From the NCBI GenBank assembly GCA_965216755.1, contig CBDCGL010000011.1:1568001-1632000 (forward strand): a stretch of 64,000 bases of DNA, read 5' to 3'. The notes beneath the pieces were generated by a model. That model had not been told where the DNA came from. It worked only from the letters and a program-made list of their open reading frames with translations, and made no database searches. The stretch comes from Alphaproteobacteria bacterium (lineage in GTDB: Bacteria; Pseudomonadota; Alphaproteobacteria; UBA7887). Shown here in pieces: positions 29,350 to 39,097 of this stretch; within the stretch, counting starts at the first letter, position 1; each line of letters begins with the position of its first letter. A program made the position numbers and the translations under genes.

Positions 29350-30219
29350 ATGTTTCGAAATGACATTCTCGCAGGCAAAAGAATCTTGGTAACTGGTGGT
29401 GGTACCGGGCTCGGGCGTTGCATGAGCGAACGCTATCTCGAACTCGGGGCGTCCGTAGTCACTTGCGGGCGGCGTAAACGGCTGTTGGACGACAGCGCCG
29501 CCGACATGATGTCCAGTATTGGCGGCACTGTCGAAACACACCACTGTGATATTCGCGTCGCCGACCGTGTCGACGAAATGGTTGAGGAGATCTTGCGGGG
29601 CAGCCCCCTCGACGGCCTCGTCAGCAACGCCGCCGGCAAATTCATCGCCCAAACCAAAGACCTGAGCCCGCGTGGTTTCGATGCCATCGCCAATATCGTT
29701 CTACATGGCACATTTTACATGACCCAGGCCTGCGGCAAGCGTTGGATCAATGACGGGTGTGCAGCCAGTGTCGTGAGCATTGTGACCACGTGCGTGTGGA
29801 CAGGTTCCGCCTATGTCGTCCCGTCGGCCATGTCGAAGCCGGCGTCACCGCAATGACACAAAGCCTGGCCGTGGAACGGGGGCCGTATGGAATCCGTCTC
29901 AACACCATAGCACCTGGTCCCGTTCCGACGGAGGGCGCGCGGCAACGCCTGAACTCCATTCCGAAATTCGAACGCAACTATGCAGAGACCGTACCGCTTG
30001 GCCGCGCCGGCGCGGATCTCGAACTCGCAAATCTGACGACGTTCTTGATGACCGACGGTTGCGACTATCTCACCGCCGCGGTGATCCCTATCGATGGCGG
30101 CCAATGGATGAGCGGACCCAGCACGTTCGCCGGATTGCGCGCTCAGCGCGGAAGAGTGGACCGAAGTCGGCGAGTCCATCCGCGCCGCCAATGCCCACGA
30201 CAAGGCCCAGCGCGACTGA
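29350..30219 (+). pseudogene. SDR (2,4-dienoyl-CoA reductase-like) with two frameshifts
   Basis: TGGGTGLG motif; frame breaks near 29838 (SK/AGV) and near 30140 (GC dinucleotide run); restored tail LSAEEW..DKAQRD stop. Confidence 0.8.
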
Positions 30220-30221
30220 GT

Positions 30222-30935
30222 CTATTCTTTGATTTTTCCTGACTCGATCATCGCTTGTTTGATCGACGCGGCGTTGGCGCCGGGGGCATTGGCCGCATCC
30301 AAGACCACCCGTTCACGCCGCGCCATCAGATCGGCGGCGGCCGGCACATCACGCGCGACGCCGATGGGCATGGCGACAGCACCGTGACGATCAGCATGCA
30401 CGACATCATCCGGATAAGCGACCATCCCCGCGACGTTCACCTCTGTCCCAAAATCGACCACATGGATAAAGCCATGGCTGGGTGTTACCGCCGCGGCGAT
30501 CGCCTGGAAACCTTCCGCGAATTCGCCCAAGTCGCGTATACCACCGTTTGTGACAGTACCGATACAGCCGAGCGCGCGGTGAATGTTGCTGTTCACCTCA
30601 CCCCAAAAACAGCCATGCCCCGCCTGACCGTCATCAAGATCCTGGACGACGCTGACACTGGGTCGCGGCCCGTTTTCCAAATAATCCAAATATCCGAACC
30701 GCCGCTCACGTTGTTCGGCAGGCGAGTCGTTCGACGGTCTGTAGGCGCGCACCGTCGCTGTGCGCGCGTAACCGACAATTGACCCCAATTCAGGACGCAA
30801 GCAAAACAGATTTTGCGTGGTGAATCCGTATGCGCGGCGCTCCGGCACCACGAGTTCGATCGCGTTGCATACGGTGGGCGTATCCAACGCACGCAACGCC
30901 GACAATTCGGCTTCGGTTAACAGATCTTTGGTCAA
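30222..30935 (-). CDS. RraA / HMG-aldolase family protein
   Basis: DTPTVCNA, FWGEV, TNGGIRD and HADRHG motifs. Confidence 0.85.
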   Translation of the reverse strand: MTKDLLTEAELSALRALDTPTVCNAIELVVPERRAYGFTTQNLFCLRPELGSIVGYARTATVRAYRPSNDSPAEQRERRFGYLDYLENGPRPSVSVVQDLDDGQAGHGCFWGEVNSNIHRALGCIGTVTNGGIRDLGEFAEGFQAIAAAVTPSHGFIHVVDFGTEVNVAGMVAYPDDVVHADRHGAVAMPIGVARDVPAAADLMARRERVVLDAANAPGANAASIKQAMIESGKIKE

Positions 30936-30997
30936 AGCATCGTCCCCTTAGTTCAATTGTTGATTGATTGTTTTTGCCCTATTAGATCTCTCACTAC

Positions 30998-32053
30998 CTA
31001 AGAGAACTGACCATGATAGGCCTGGTCAAGAAGCGCGCGGACATTTTCTGTCGTCATCGGGCGTGGATTTTGTTTTGTGGTTTCCATCGTCAAACGCCCA
31101 ACATTATCCAACGCTGTCGCGTCGAGCCCCAACGCTTGCAAGCTGGTCGGCAGCCCCATTTCGACGACGAGAGCGCGCAGCCCATGGGCCGCATCATCCA
31201 CGCCGAGAGCGCGCGCCACAATCGCGATCGCATCGACGGCCGCAGGTTCGTTATAGCGCACCACATAGGGCAACATTACGGCATTCGCGTCACCATGGCC
31301 GATGCCATAGGTCCCGCCCAAGACATGGCATATTTTGTGATGTATGGCGATATCGGTCGAGCCCAAAGCGACACCAGCCAAATAGGCACCGCGCAAGGCA
31401 TTGGTCCGCGCATCGATATCGGCTGGGTCCGCCACCGCACGCGGTAACGCCGACGCCAGTGTTTCGATACCTTCTTCAGCCGCCAGGTCAGCGACCGGAT
31501 TCGCAGACGGGGCATATAGCGCCTCGACGCAATGGGCGAGCGCGTTCATTCCGGTGGTCGCTGTCGCGTGTGCCGGCAAGCCGACTGTCAATGCCGGATC
31601 GTAAATCACCAATTGCGATAGGATCCGCGGGCTGCCAGTCGTCCGTTTGACGCCATCGCGCGTGATCCCCACGATCGCCGTCATCTCAGACCCAGCATAC
31701 GTCGTCGGCACGGCCACTTGGCGTACATCGCACGTTAGTGCGACCGCTTTCGCCAGTCCCACGGGCGAGCCGCCGCCAAGCCCGATCACCCCATCAGCTC
31801 TGACTTCGCGGGCGATCGCGCGCACCTGCTCGGCTTGTTCGATGGGTACGTGCGGCAAAGCCTCCGCGAATGTGGCGACATGCAGTGGGCCAAGAGATTC
31901 TGACACTTGCGACGCGAGTGCCGCGCGACCTGACGAGGAAATGACCAACGCACGGGTAACGCCGAGTGCCTTAATTTCGTCCGCAATCGTGTCAATGGCG
32001 CCGACGCCGAATACGACCCGTCCGGGCTTGGCATCATAGGTGAAAGAGCGCAT
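30998..32053 (-). CDS. Maleylacetate reductase-like iron-containing dehydrogenase
   Basis: GGGSPVGLAK, PTTYAGSE, NALAHCVEALY and HHKICHVLGG motifs. Confidence 0.88.
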   Translation of the reverse strand: MRSFTYDAKPGRVVFGVGAIDTIADEIKALGVTRALVISSSGRAALASQVSESLGPLHVATFAEALPHVPIEQAEQVRAIAREVRADGVIGLGGGSPVGLAKAVALTCDVRQVAVPTTYAGSEMTAIVGITRDGVKRTTGSPRILSQLVIYDPALTVGLPAHATATTGMNALAHCVEALYAPSANPVADLAAEEGIETLASALPRAVADPADIDARTNALRGAYLAGVALGSTDIAIHHKICHVLGGTYGIGHGDANAVMLPYVVRYNEPAAVDAIAIVARALGVDDAAHGLRALVVEMGLPTSLQALGLDATALDNVGRLTMETTKQNPRPMTTENVRALLDQAYHGQFS

Positions 32054-32320
32054 ATGGTCCTCCCGACTTCCATTTGGCAGCATACCCGGGTTCCGGTGTC
32101 ATTTTGTGCTCGTTTCTTGATTTGCGGCCATGCGTGAATCAGAGTCGCCCGGATGATGCAAAGGGTGCCTGTATCAAAAGCTACGCTTGCATACGTGACA
32201 CAACGCATTTGACGTCGCGGCACCGGCGCGCACCATCTACAATTGCCGCGAAGCGGGGCTTCTGCAGCGACGTCAGCCAGGCCAGTGGGCACTCAAATGA
32301 CACTCTTAGGGAGACAAACA

Positions 32321-33241
32321 ATGGGCAAGACCGTGCAGCATGTGATGGTCGCGGGTTACGGCACCATGGGTCAAGGGATCGCACGTTCGTTTGCGCAATC
32401 CGGACTGTCAACCACCGTGCTCAGCCGGCGCGCCGGCCAACTGGCCGATTTGCCCGATAATATCAATGCCGTTGCGGATCTTCCCGAAACACCGCCTGAT
32501 CTGATTATTGAGTCGGTCCCCGAAGATATCGACCTCAAAATCGAATTGCTGCGTCGTGTCGATGCCGCATATGGGCCGGATACGATTATTGGCACCAACA
32601 CGTCGGGCTTGCCGATCACAGAATTGGCCGCGCCCTTGGTTCACCGCCAGCGATTTCTGGCGATTCACTACATGCACCCGGCGGATTCGATGCCCATGGT
32701 CGAAATCGCCCGCGTCGCGGAAACCACCGACGACGTGGTCAACAGGTCGCGTGCCGCATTGGCCAAAGCCGGCAAGGATTCAGTTGTGCTCAATGAACCT
32801 GTGGTCGGTTTTTTGATCAACCGGCTGCAACATGCGCTCTTTCATGAAGCCTATCATCTGATTGAGACGGGCGTTGTATCGGTCGAGGACGTGGACAAAG
32901 TTGCGCGCAGATTGTTGGGCCCGCGCATGGCCGTAACTGGCATGCTGATGCAAAAGGATCTGAGTGGCTTGCAAACACATGCACGCGCGCATGGAACGAT
33001 TGTCCCGTATTTGTGTCACAAGGCCGAGGCGCACAATGTCGCGGCGCAGAAATTGCGCGACAATACTTTGGGCATTCGGACCGGCACGGGATTCTATGAT
33101 TGGCGCACCGTCGATATTGATAGGTACAAACAGGCCGTGGCTGAAAAGATTGGTCGGCTGATTGCCGCCCTCGACGATCGGCCGATTGCTATTCCGCCGC
33201 AGATGCCGTTGCCACCTCGGGAATCGTCAGAGCCCGATTGA
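32321..33241 (+). CDS. 3-hydroxyacyl-CoA dehydrogenase family protein
   Basis: GYGTMG, IESVPED..LK, NTSG, GFLINRLQ and GFYDW motifs. Confidence 0.88.
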   Translation: MGKTVQHVMVAGYGTMGQGIARSFAQSGLSTTVLSRRAGQLADLPDNINAVADLPETPPDLIIESVPEDIDLKIELLRRVDAAYGPDTIIGTNTSGLPITELAAPLVHRQRFLAIHYMHPADSMPMVEIARVAETTDDVVNRSRAALAKAGKDSVVLNEPVVGFLINRLQHALFHEAYHLIETGVVSVEDVDKVARRLLGPRMAVTGMLMQKDLSGLQTHARAHGTIVPYLCHKAEAHNVAAQKLRDNTLGIRTGTGFYDWRTVDIDRYKQAVAEKIGRLIAALDDRPIAIPPQMPLPPRESSEPD

Positions 33242-34724
33242 GGGCCGCGCCACTGGGGTCAGCCAACGCGGCGCGCCGCGCCTCCGAAAGCGCGGCAATG
33301 GCGCGTTCGGGCGAAATCAAACCTCTGACAGCCGGCGCAATCAGCGTGTCATGAATTCGCGCATAGTTGCCACGGCCGCGTTGATCGGTCTCCCCGTAGC
33401 CCTTCACCAACCGTGCGCAAGCGGCAATCTGGAATGCCAACTCAGGTGAGATTTCGAACCCGCGCGCCACCGCGCTCAACCAGGTATCGATCCAACGCTG
33501 CTCGGCGGCGAAGCGATGGCCAAGACGGCGCAACGGTCGCAGGGAAGCCAAGGCGCGCAAGACGGCAAACCCGGCGACCCCAGAGCTGCGCACACGAAGC
33601 GGCAACCGCAGGCGCTCGGTCAACCCACGGCGTCTTGCCCAACTCAAGACCGGTACGGCAATGACGCCCGGCATCAGCGCGCAGAATTCTTCAATTCCCG
33701 GCTTCAAGAATTCGGTCACGATGAGCCGGTCATTGTCGCCAACACCGGCTTCGCCACGTATCGCCGCGAGTCGCGACACGTCTGCCTTGATTTGCGCGAC
33801 TCGAATGACATCCTCGTACGTCATGCGCAGTGCCAGGTGACGTGCGGTTTCAAGGAGAACGCGGTTGTCACCGGATGCCTCCAATAGGACGATCGGGGCC
33901 AGACGATCCAAAAAACGTCGGCCATAGCGAAAGTCTTGAAACGTCGCCGCGCGGGTTACGCCCAACCTTAAGACTTCTCTGACGGCGGCAGGGAATTCGT
34001 TGTCGATGCGATCCATCAGTTTGACAAGCGGTCTTTGGGTGGGCGCGGCCGCGGTTATCCGTTCAGAGGCGTCCACGGCCGCGTTGGAGGGCGACCTCTT
34101 GGCGAGTTTGAGCCCGGCTTCAAATCCAGCGAGATTGGATTCGACCGCGATGTCTGCCGCGCGTATGGCATCGGCGAATCTGCCTTCGGGAATCGGCAAT
34201 ACGCCGCTACCGGCGATCGCACCGAGCATGACCGCATTCATCGCACCGCCGCTCTCGGCCGCCGCGCGGCGGAGGTCGGTCAACACGCTATGCTTGGCCA
34301 TTTCTTGGGCGGCGGCGAGAACACGCTCGGACGACGCGCGGCCGTCACCCATGGCGGCGCGCTCCTCAATCGCAAAAACGCGGTGGGTCGAAGCAATCAA
34401 AGTCGTGCAGTCGGGCGTCACATAGCCGTTTTGAACCGCACGGCCGGCCTCGATCAATTCACTGGCGATCACGAGGTCGACCGTGCCGCCGATCGGGTAG
34501 AGCGCAAACACGGGCGCGCGTCCGCCCAGTTGTCCGCGATCGATCGGGAAGATCTCGATGTAATAGGTTGTCGCGCCCGTGCGCTGGGCCAGACCGGGTA
34601 TGGATGTGCCTTGGACCGGCAAATCGTGGGCCGAAGCGGCGGCGACCAACCATGACGCCAACACGCCACCGCCTTCGCCACCCATGGCGGCGATCAACAC
34701 CGACAGCGGTCGTGGCGCGGTCAT
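33189..34724 (-). CDS. iorB: Indolepyruvate:ferredoxin oxidoreductase beta family, with C-terminal extension
   Basis: GGEGGG, GLAQRTG, NAVMLGA, MTYEDVIRVA and LVKGYG motifs; ATGA overlap with iorA. Confidence 0.85.
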   Translation of the reverse strand: MTAPRPLSVLIAAMGGEGGGVLASWLVAAASAHDLPVQGTSIPGLAQRTGATTYYIEIFPIDRGQLGGRAPVFALYPIGGTVDLVIASELIEAGRAVQNGYVTPDCTTLIASTHRVFAIEERAAMGDGRASSERVLAAAQEMAKHSVLTDLRRAAAESGGAMNAVMLGAIAGSGVLPIPEGRFADAIRAADIAVESNLAGFEAGLKLAKRSPSNAAVDASERITAAAPTQRPLVKLMDRIDNEFPAAVREVLRLGVTRAATFQDFRYGRRFLDRLAPIVLLEASGDNRVLLETARHLALRMTYEDVIRVAQIKADVSRLAAIRGEAGVGDNDRLIVTEFLKPGIEEFCALMPGVIAVPVLSWARRRGLTERLRLPLRVRSSGVAGFAVLRALASLRPLRRLGHRFAAEQRWIDTWLSAVARGFEISPELAFQIAACARLVKGYGETDQRGRGNYARIHDTLIAPAVRGLISPERAIAALSEARRAALADPSGAALNRALTIPEVATASAAE

Positions 34725-36850
34725 GTCGCGGTTCGCGGCGCCAGGAAGCGAATGGCTTTTTGGCGCAAGGATTCCAGCCGCATCTCCCAAGCCCGGCCAT
34801 TGCGCACCACATCGGCGCGATAGAAAGACGGGCACAAGGCCGCCACATCGGCAACCGCACCGCATAAACCGCAACCAACGCAGTCATTGTTCACATGCGC
34901 AACTGGATCACTGCACAGCGGATCCGGATTGGCCTTGATGGTCAGTGACGGACAACCTGAAAGCCTGATGCACGAATGATCGCCGGTGCATACTTTCTCG
35001 TCGACACCGAACCGCGTGGTGGTCACCCGCTCTCCGGCCGCGACTTGTTTCCGAATCTGGGGTCGAAGGCGCCGTTGCCGCGCCAACTGACATTCACCGT
35101 CGGCGATAATCACTTTGAGACCGCGTGTTGCTGTGGTCATCGCGTCACGCAGAGTGCGCACCATGCGCCGTACATCGTATGTACGGACCTTGCGTATCCA
35201 TTCGACGCCAACGCCCTTGAGTGCGCTTTCAATCGTCATACCCATCGGCGCGCCGGCGCGATGCTGGCGACTCGACGGCAGATACTGCCACCCTGTCGCC
35301 GAGGTATAACCGTTGTTCATGATCACCAAGACAGAGTCGTCTTTGTTAAAATGGGCGCTGGCGATTCCGGACGTCAGGCCATTGTGCCAGAAGCCGCCGT
35401 CGCCCATTATGCTTACCACCCGTTTGTCGAAGCTTGGCGCGACGCCTGTTGAACTGGCCAACCCCAGTCCATAGCCGAGCACCGTATTGCCGAGATTGAA
35501 TGGCGGCAAAGTCGATATTGTATGGCAACCAATGTCAGCGCTAATATGTGTTGGACCAAACTCTTTCTCAGAGATCTTGATGGCGCTGAACACAGGCCGT
35601 TCGGGACAGCCGGTACAAAAGCTTGGCGGCCGGCCCGGCATCGTCGCACCTAAGAGCGCGGTGGCCTTTTCCCTGTCGGCGGCCGCCCGGTCGACTTTCT
35701 CCACAGCCAGAGAGTGCGTGTCTGACGGTGCGACTTGTTCCAAGAACCTGCGCACGCCGGCGATGACGACCTCACCGGTATACTCGCCCGCCATGGGCAG
35801 AAAATTCTTGCCATGAACTTTGGTTTGCAAGTCTGCTTTGCGCAGCACCACGTGCACGGCCTGTTCCAGATAGTCGGGATTGCCCTCCTCAACCACCAAT
35901 ACCGCCCGCTTGCCAGCACAAAACGCCTGGATTTCCGTCGGCACAACCGGATAGGTGACGTTCATCACATAGAGCGGAATCTGCGTTGCGCCGAAAACGT
36001 CCGCCCAACCCAGCCGCTCCAGCGCCCTGACGACCGTGTTGTAGAGACCACCCTGCAAGATGATGCCGATATCATCGCGGGTACCGGAGAAAACCTCATT
36101 GAGTTTGTTATCGGCGATGAACCTCTCGGCCGCCGGCAACCGTGTCTCGACTTTGAGTTTTTCTTGCGCATAGGTCGCCGGCGGTAGGCATATGCGTGCA
36201 TAGTCGAAATCCGGTTGCGCCAGCATCTGCTTTCGGGAGATGGCCGGCGCTTGATTGTCCTTGCACGTAAAGCGCCCGGTGACATGGCACGCGCGGATGC
36301 GCAGTTCTAACATGACTGGCAGATTGCTGGCTTCCGACAAGGCAAAGCCTTGCTCGACCATGCGCACGATGGTCGGAAGATCCGGGCGCGGGTCCAATAG
36401 GCAAATTGACGATTTCAACGCAAAGGCGTGGCTGCGCTCCTGAATGATGCTGGCGCCCTCGCCATAGTCCTCGCCGATCACGATCATGGCCCCGCCCATG
36501 ACCCCTGCCGAAGCCAAATTGGACAAAGCGTCCGACGCCACATTGGTGCCAACCACCGATTTCCACGTCACAGCACCGCGCATCGGATAGTTGATCGACG
36601 CGCCGAGCATCGCCGCAGCCGCCGCCTCGCTGGTTGGCGTTTCAAGATGCACACCCAGCTCATCGAGCAAATGAGCGGCATCGACCATCACGTCCAGCAA
36701 ATGAGATACCGGCGACCCCTGATAACCACCGATGTAACTCACGCCCGACTGCAAAAGCGCCTTGGTGACAGCCAGGATCCCTTCGCCCTCGAAAATCTCC
36801 CCGTCGCCACGCCGCAGGGTCTCGACTTCACGCTTAAATGATCGTTCCAT
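34721..36850 (-). CDS. iorA: Indolepyruvate:ferredoxin oxidoreductase alpha subunit
   Basis: GYQGSP, FCTGCPER, DIGC, GDGGFWH TPP motif, C-terminal ferredoxin CVGCGLC. Confidence 0.9.
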   Translation of the reverse strand: MERSFKREVETLRRGDGEIFEGEGILAVTKALLQSGVSYIGGYQGSPVSHLLDVMVDAAHLLDELGVHLETPTSEAAAAAMLGASINYPMRGAVTWKSVVGTNVASDALSNLASAGVMGGAMIVIGEDYGEGASIIQERSHAFALKSSICLLDPRPDLPTIVRMVEQGFALSEASNLPVMLELRIRACHVTGRFTCKDNQAPAISRKQMLAQPDFDYARICLPPATYAQEKLKVETRLPAAERFIADNKLNEVFSGTRDDIGIILQGGLYNTVVRALERLGWADVFGATQIPLYVMNVTYPVVPTEIQAFCAGKRAVLVVEEGNPDYLEQAVHVVLRKADLQTKVHGKNFLPMAGEYTGEVVIAGVRRFLEQVAPSDTHSLAVEKVDRAAADREKATALLGATMPGRPPSFCTGCPERPVFSAIKISEKEFGPTHISADIGCHTISTLPPFNLGNTVLGYGLGLASSTGVAPSFDKRVVSIMGDGGFWHNGLTSGIASAHFNKDDSVLVIMNNGYTSATGWQYLPSSRQHRAGAPMGMTIESALKGVGVEWIRKVRTYDVRRMVRTLRDAMTTATRGLKVIIADGECQLARQRRLRPQIRKQVAAGERVTTTRFGVDEKVCTGDHSCIRLSGCPSLTIKANPDPLCSDPVAHVNNDCVGCGLCGAVADVAALCPSFYRADVVRNGRAWEMRLESLRQKAIRFLAPRTAT

Positions 36851-36949
36851 GGGCGAATTCCCTCCGTCAGGCTAGTATAGCCGATCTCATCACGCCGTCG
36901 CGGGGTCGCCGCGCGCCGGCACTGACCCACACCGCGAGGAGAGAACCCC

Positions 36950-37648
36950 GTGATCGACCTTTATTACTGGCCGACGCCGAATGGCTGGAAAATCACCGTC
37001 ATGCTGGAAGAAGTCGGGCTACCCTACAACGTCATTCCGGTCGATATATCAAAGGGCGATCAGTTCAATCCGGAATTCCTGAAGATCAGCCCCAACAACA
37101 AGATGCCCGCCATCGTCGATCCTGAAGGGCCAGACGGTAAACCGATCTCCATATTCGAGTCCGGCGCGATCATGATTTATCTCGGCGACAAGACCGGCAA
37201 ATTGCTGCCACAGGAACCGCGCGCCCGTTACAAGGTTTTCGAGTGGCTGATGTTCCAAATGGGCACAGTGGGCCCGATGCTCGGCCAAACCCATCATTTC
37301 CGCACCTACGCGCCTGAAAAAATCGAATATGCAATCAACCGCTACACGAATGAAGCGAGCCGGATCTACAACGTGATCGACAATCGGTTGGCAGAAAGTG
37401 AGTGGCTCGCCGACGACTATTCGATTGCGGATATTGCCACGTGGTGCTGGCTGCTCGGCGAACGCCAAGGCCAGAATTTCGACGACTACCCCAATCTCAG
37501 TCGCTGGCGGAACGTGATGAAGGGGCGGCCGGCCGTACGCAAGGGCCGCGACGTCATGCGCGACGCGACCAAACCAGTTTCTGAACTGACCAAAGACAAG
37601 GAACGCTTCGAAATCCTTTTCGGCAGTAAACAATATGCAAAAAGGTGA
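36950..37648 (+). CDS. Glutathione S-transferase, YfcG/nu-class-like
   Basis: WPTPNG, SPNNKMP, IFESGAI and WLMFQMG motifs. Confidence 0.92.
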   Translation: MIDLYYWPTPNGWKITVMLEEVGLPYNVIPVDISKGDQFNPEFLKISPNNKMPAIVDPEGPDGKPISIFESGAIMIYLGDKTGKLLPQEPRARYKVFEWLMFQMGTVGPMLGQTHHFRTYAPEKIEYAINRYTNEASRIYNVIDNRLAESEWLADDYSIADIATWCWLLGERQGQNFDDYPNLSRWRNVMKGRPAVRKGRDVMRDATKPVSELTKDKERFEILFGSKQYAKR

Positions 37649-37784
37649 AAAACTCGGGTGATGTTGGCGCATTGTCGTATCCGGACTGGTTCATCTCGTG
37701 ACACAGCATTAGAGCGCGCCAGAAGGCTAAAGGCGGCGACCGACCGCGGGTTTCGCAACAAGACGATCGAGAAGGAATATATTC

Positions 37785-38687
37785 ATGGCAAGCCATACGA
37801 CAGGGGACGGCGGCATCCCGCCTCGAGACGCGAACGAACGCGGCTTAACGCGGGTCATGACTCTTGGCGGTGCCTACGGCACACGCAACTACACGGTCAA
37901 AGGACTGCGCGACCAAAAGGGCAAAAAGCTTCTGGTTGAGACCCTACCGTTTTCGCCGGAGGAGGCCGCGGCCGCCGAGGAGGCCGGAATCGACACCATG
38001 AAAGCGCGGTTCGACCCGGCCGCGCCGGACTCAGCAGCCGAGATTCGGCGCGCCGCGCCCAACACCTTTATGGCTTTTTCGGTACCCTTGGTGGCGGCTG
38101 CCACGGCCGATGAAGCGGTGCGCATTGGCTACCAAGCGATGGCAATCGGCGCGGATGCTGTTATGACACAGTGGAGCCCCCGCTTTATTGCCGCGGCCGC
38201 CGAGGCCGGCATTCCGGTGCAGGGTCACGCGGGTTTGGTACCGCGCAAGAGCACGTGGACCGGAGGTCTGCGTGCGGTCGGCAAGAACATTGACGAAGCC
38301 ATGTGGGTCTACCAGCAGATTAAAACGTTTGAGTCAGCCGGCGCCTACGCAGTCGAGGTCGAAGTTATCCCCGAGGCGCTGCTGGTTGAAATCAGCAAAC
38401 GCACGACGCTGTTGACCTCGTCGATTGGCGGCGGCAGCGGCGGCGACATTCAATTCCTGTTTGCCGACGATATTCTCGGCAACAACGCCCCGCCGTACCC
38501 GCGCCACTCTAAGCAATATCGTCACCTGTACAAACTCAAAGAACAGATGCAGGCCGAACGAATCAGTGCTTTCAAGGAGTTCGTTGCTGACGTTCGGCAG
38601 GGCGCTTTCCCGGCGGCCGAACATGTGATCAAGGCGCCAGACGGCCTGGTTGGCGCATTTGTTGATGCGGTTGACGGCGCAGTATAG
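37785..38687 (+). CDS. PanB-like (ketopantoate hydroxymethyltransferase fold) divergent paralog
   Basis: GIPVQGHAGLVP, E.AGA..VEVE and F..DV..G.FP retained; GDS, DMP and KxE motifs absent. Confidence 0.75.
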   Translation: MASHTTGDGGIPPRDANERGLTRVMTLGGAYGTRNYTVKGLRDQKGKKLLVETLPFSPEEAAAAEEAGIDTMKARFDPAAPDSAAEIRRAAPNTFMAFSVPLVAAATADEAVRIGYQAMAIGADAVMTQWSPRFIAAAAEAGIPVQGHAGLVPRKSTWTGGLRAVGKNIDEAMWVYQQIKTFESAGAYAVEVEVIPEALLVEISKRTTLLTSSIGGGSGGDIQFLFADDILGNNAPPYPRHSKQYRHLYKLKEQMQAERISAFKEFVADVRQGAFPAAEHVIKAPDGLVGAFVDAVDGAV

Positions 38688-38800
38688 CACTGCGGCTATG
38701 GCGCAATTTGCCGCGGTTCGTTCGCAATTTGAGTCGCTAACGCCACAATGATGGGCGACTGCGCACGGCGCGTATCGCGTAAAGTTTCAGGTGCACCCCA

Positions 38801-39085
38801 ATGGAAGACCAAAGGCACGCCACACTCGGTGTTATCAGTTTTGGCCTCGCTTTCGGCATGAGCGGTGTCATCGTCACCGTCGTGCTTGGCTTGTCGGCAT
38901 GGCTGGCGAGCTGGGGCGTCACCGTGGTGCAAGTCCTAGGTTCTCTGTTCCTGGGCTACGGTCCGAGTTTCGTCGGCATTGTTGCTGGCGCGGTGTGGGC
39001 GTTCTTTGATGGCTTTGTTCTCGGTGTCCTGATCGCCTGGTTCTATAACCGGTTTCTGCTGCGCCGACAGCGGCACGTGTCCTAG
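38801..39085 (+). CDS. Small two- to three-TM membrane protein
   Basis: Hydrophobic 94 aa with GY.PS..G...G..W.F.DG..AWFYN pattern and a basic tail. Confidence 0.75.
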   Translation: MEDQRHATLGVISFGLAFGMSGVIVTVVLGLSAWLASWGVTVVQVLGSLFLGYGPSFVGIVAGAVWAFFDGFVLGVLIAWFYNRFLLRRQRHVS

Positions 39086-39097
39086 CGAGATCCGATC

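Noticed and set aside
38801-39085. Holin or prophage interpretation of the small membrane protein
   Set aside because: No endolysin, structural or integrase genes anywhere in the window
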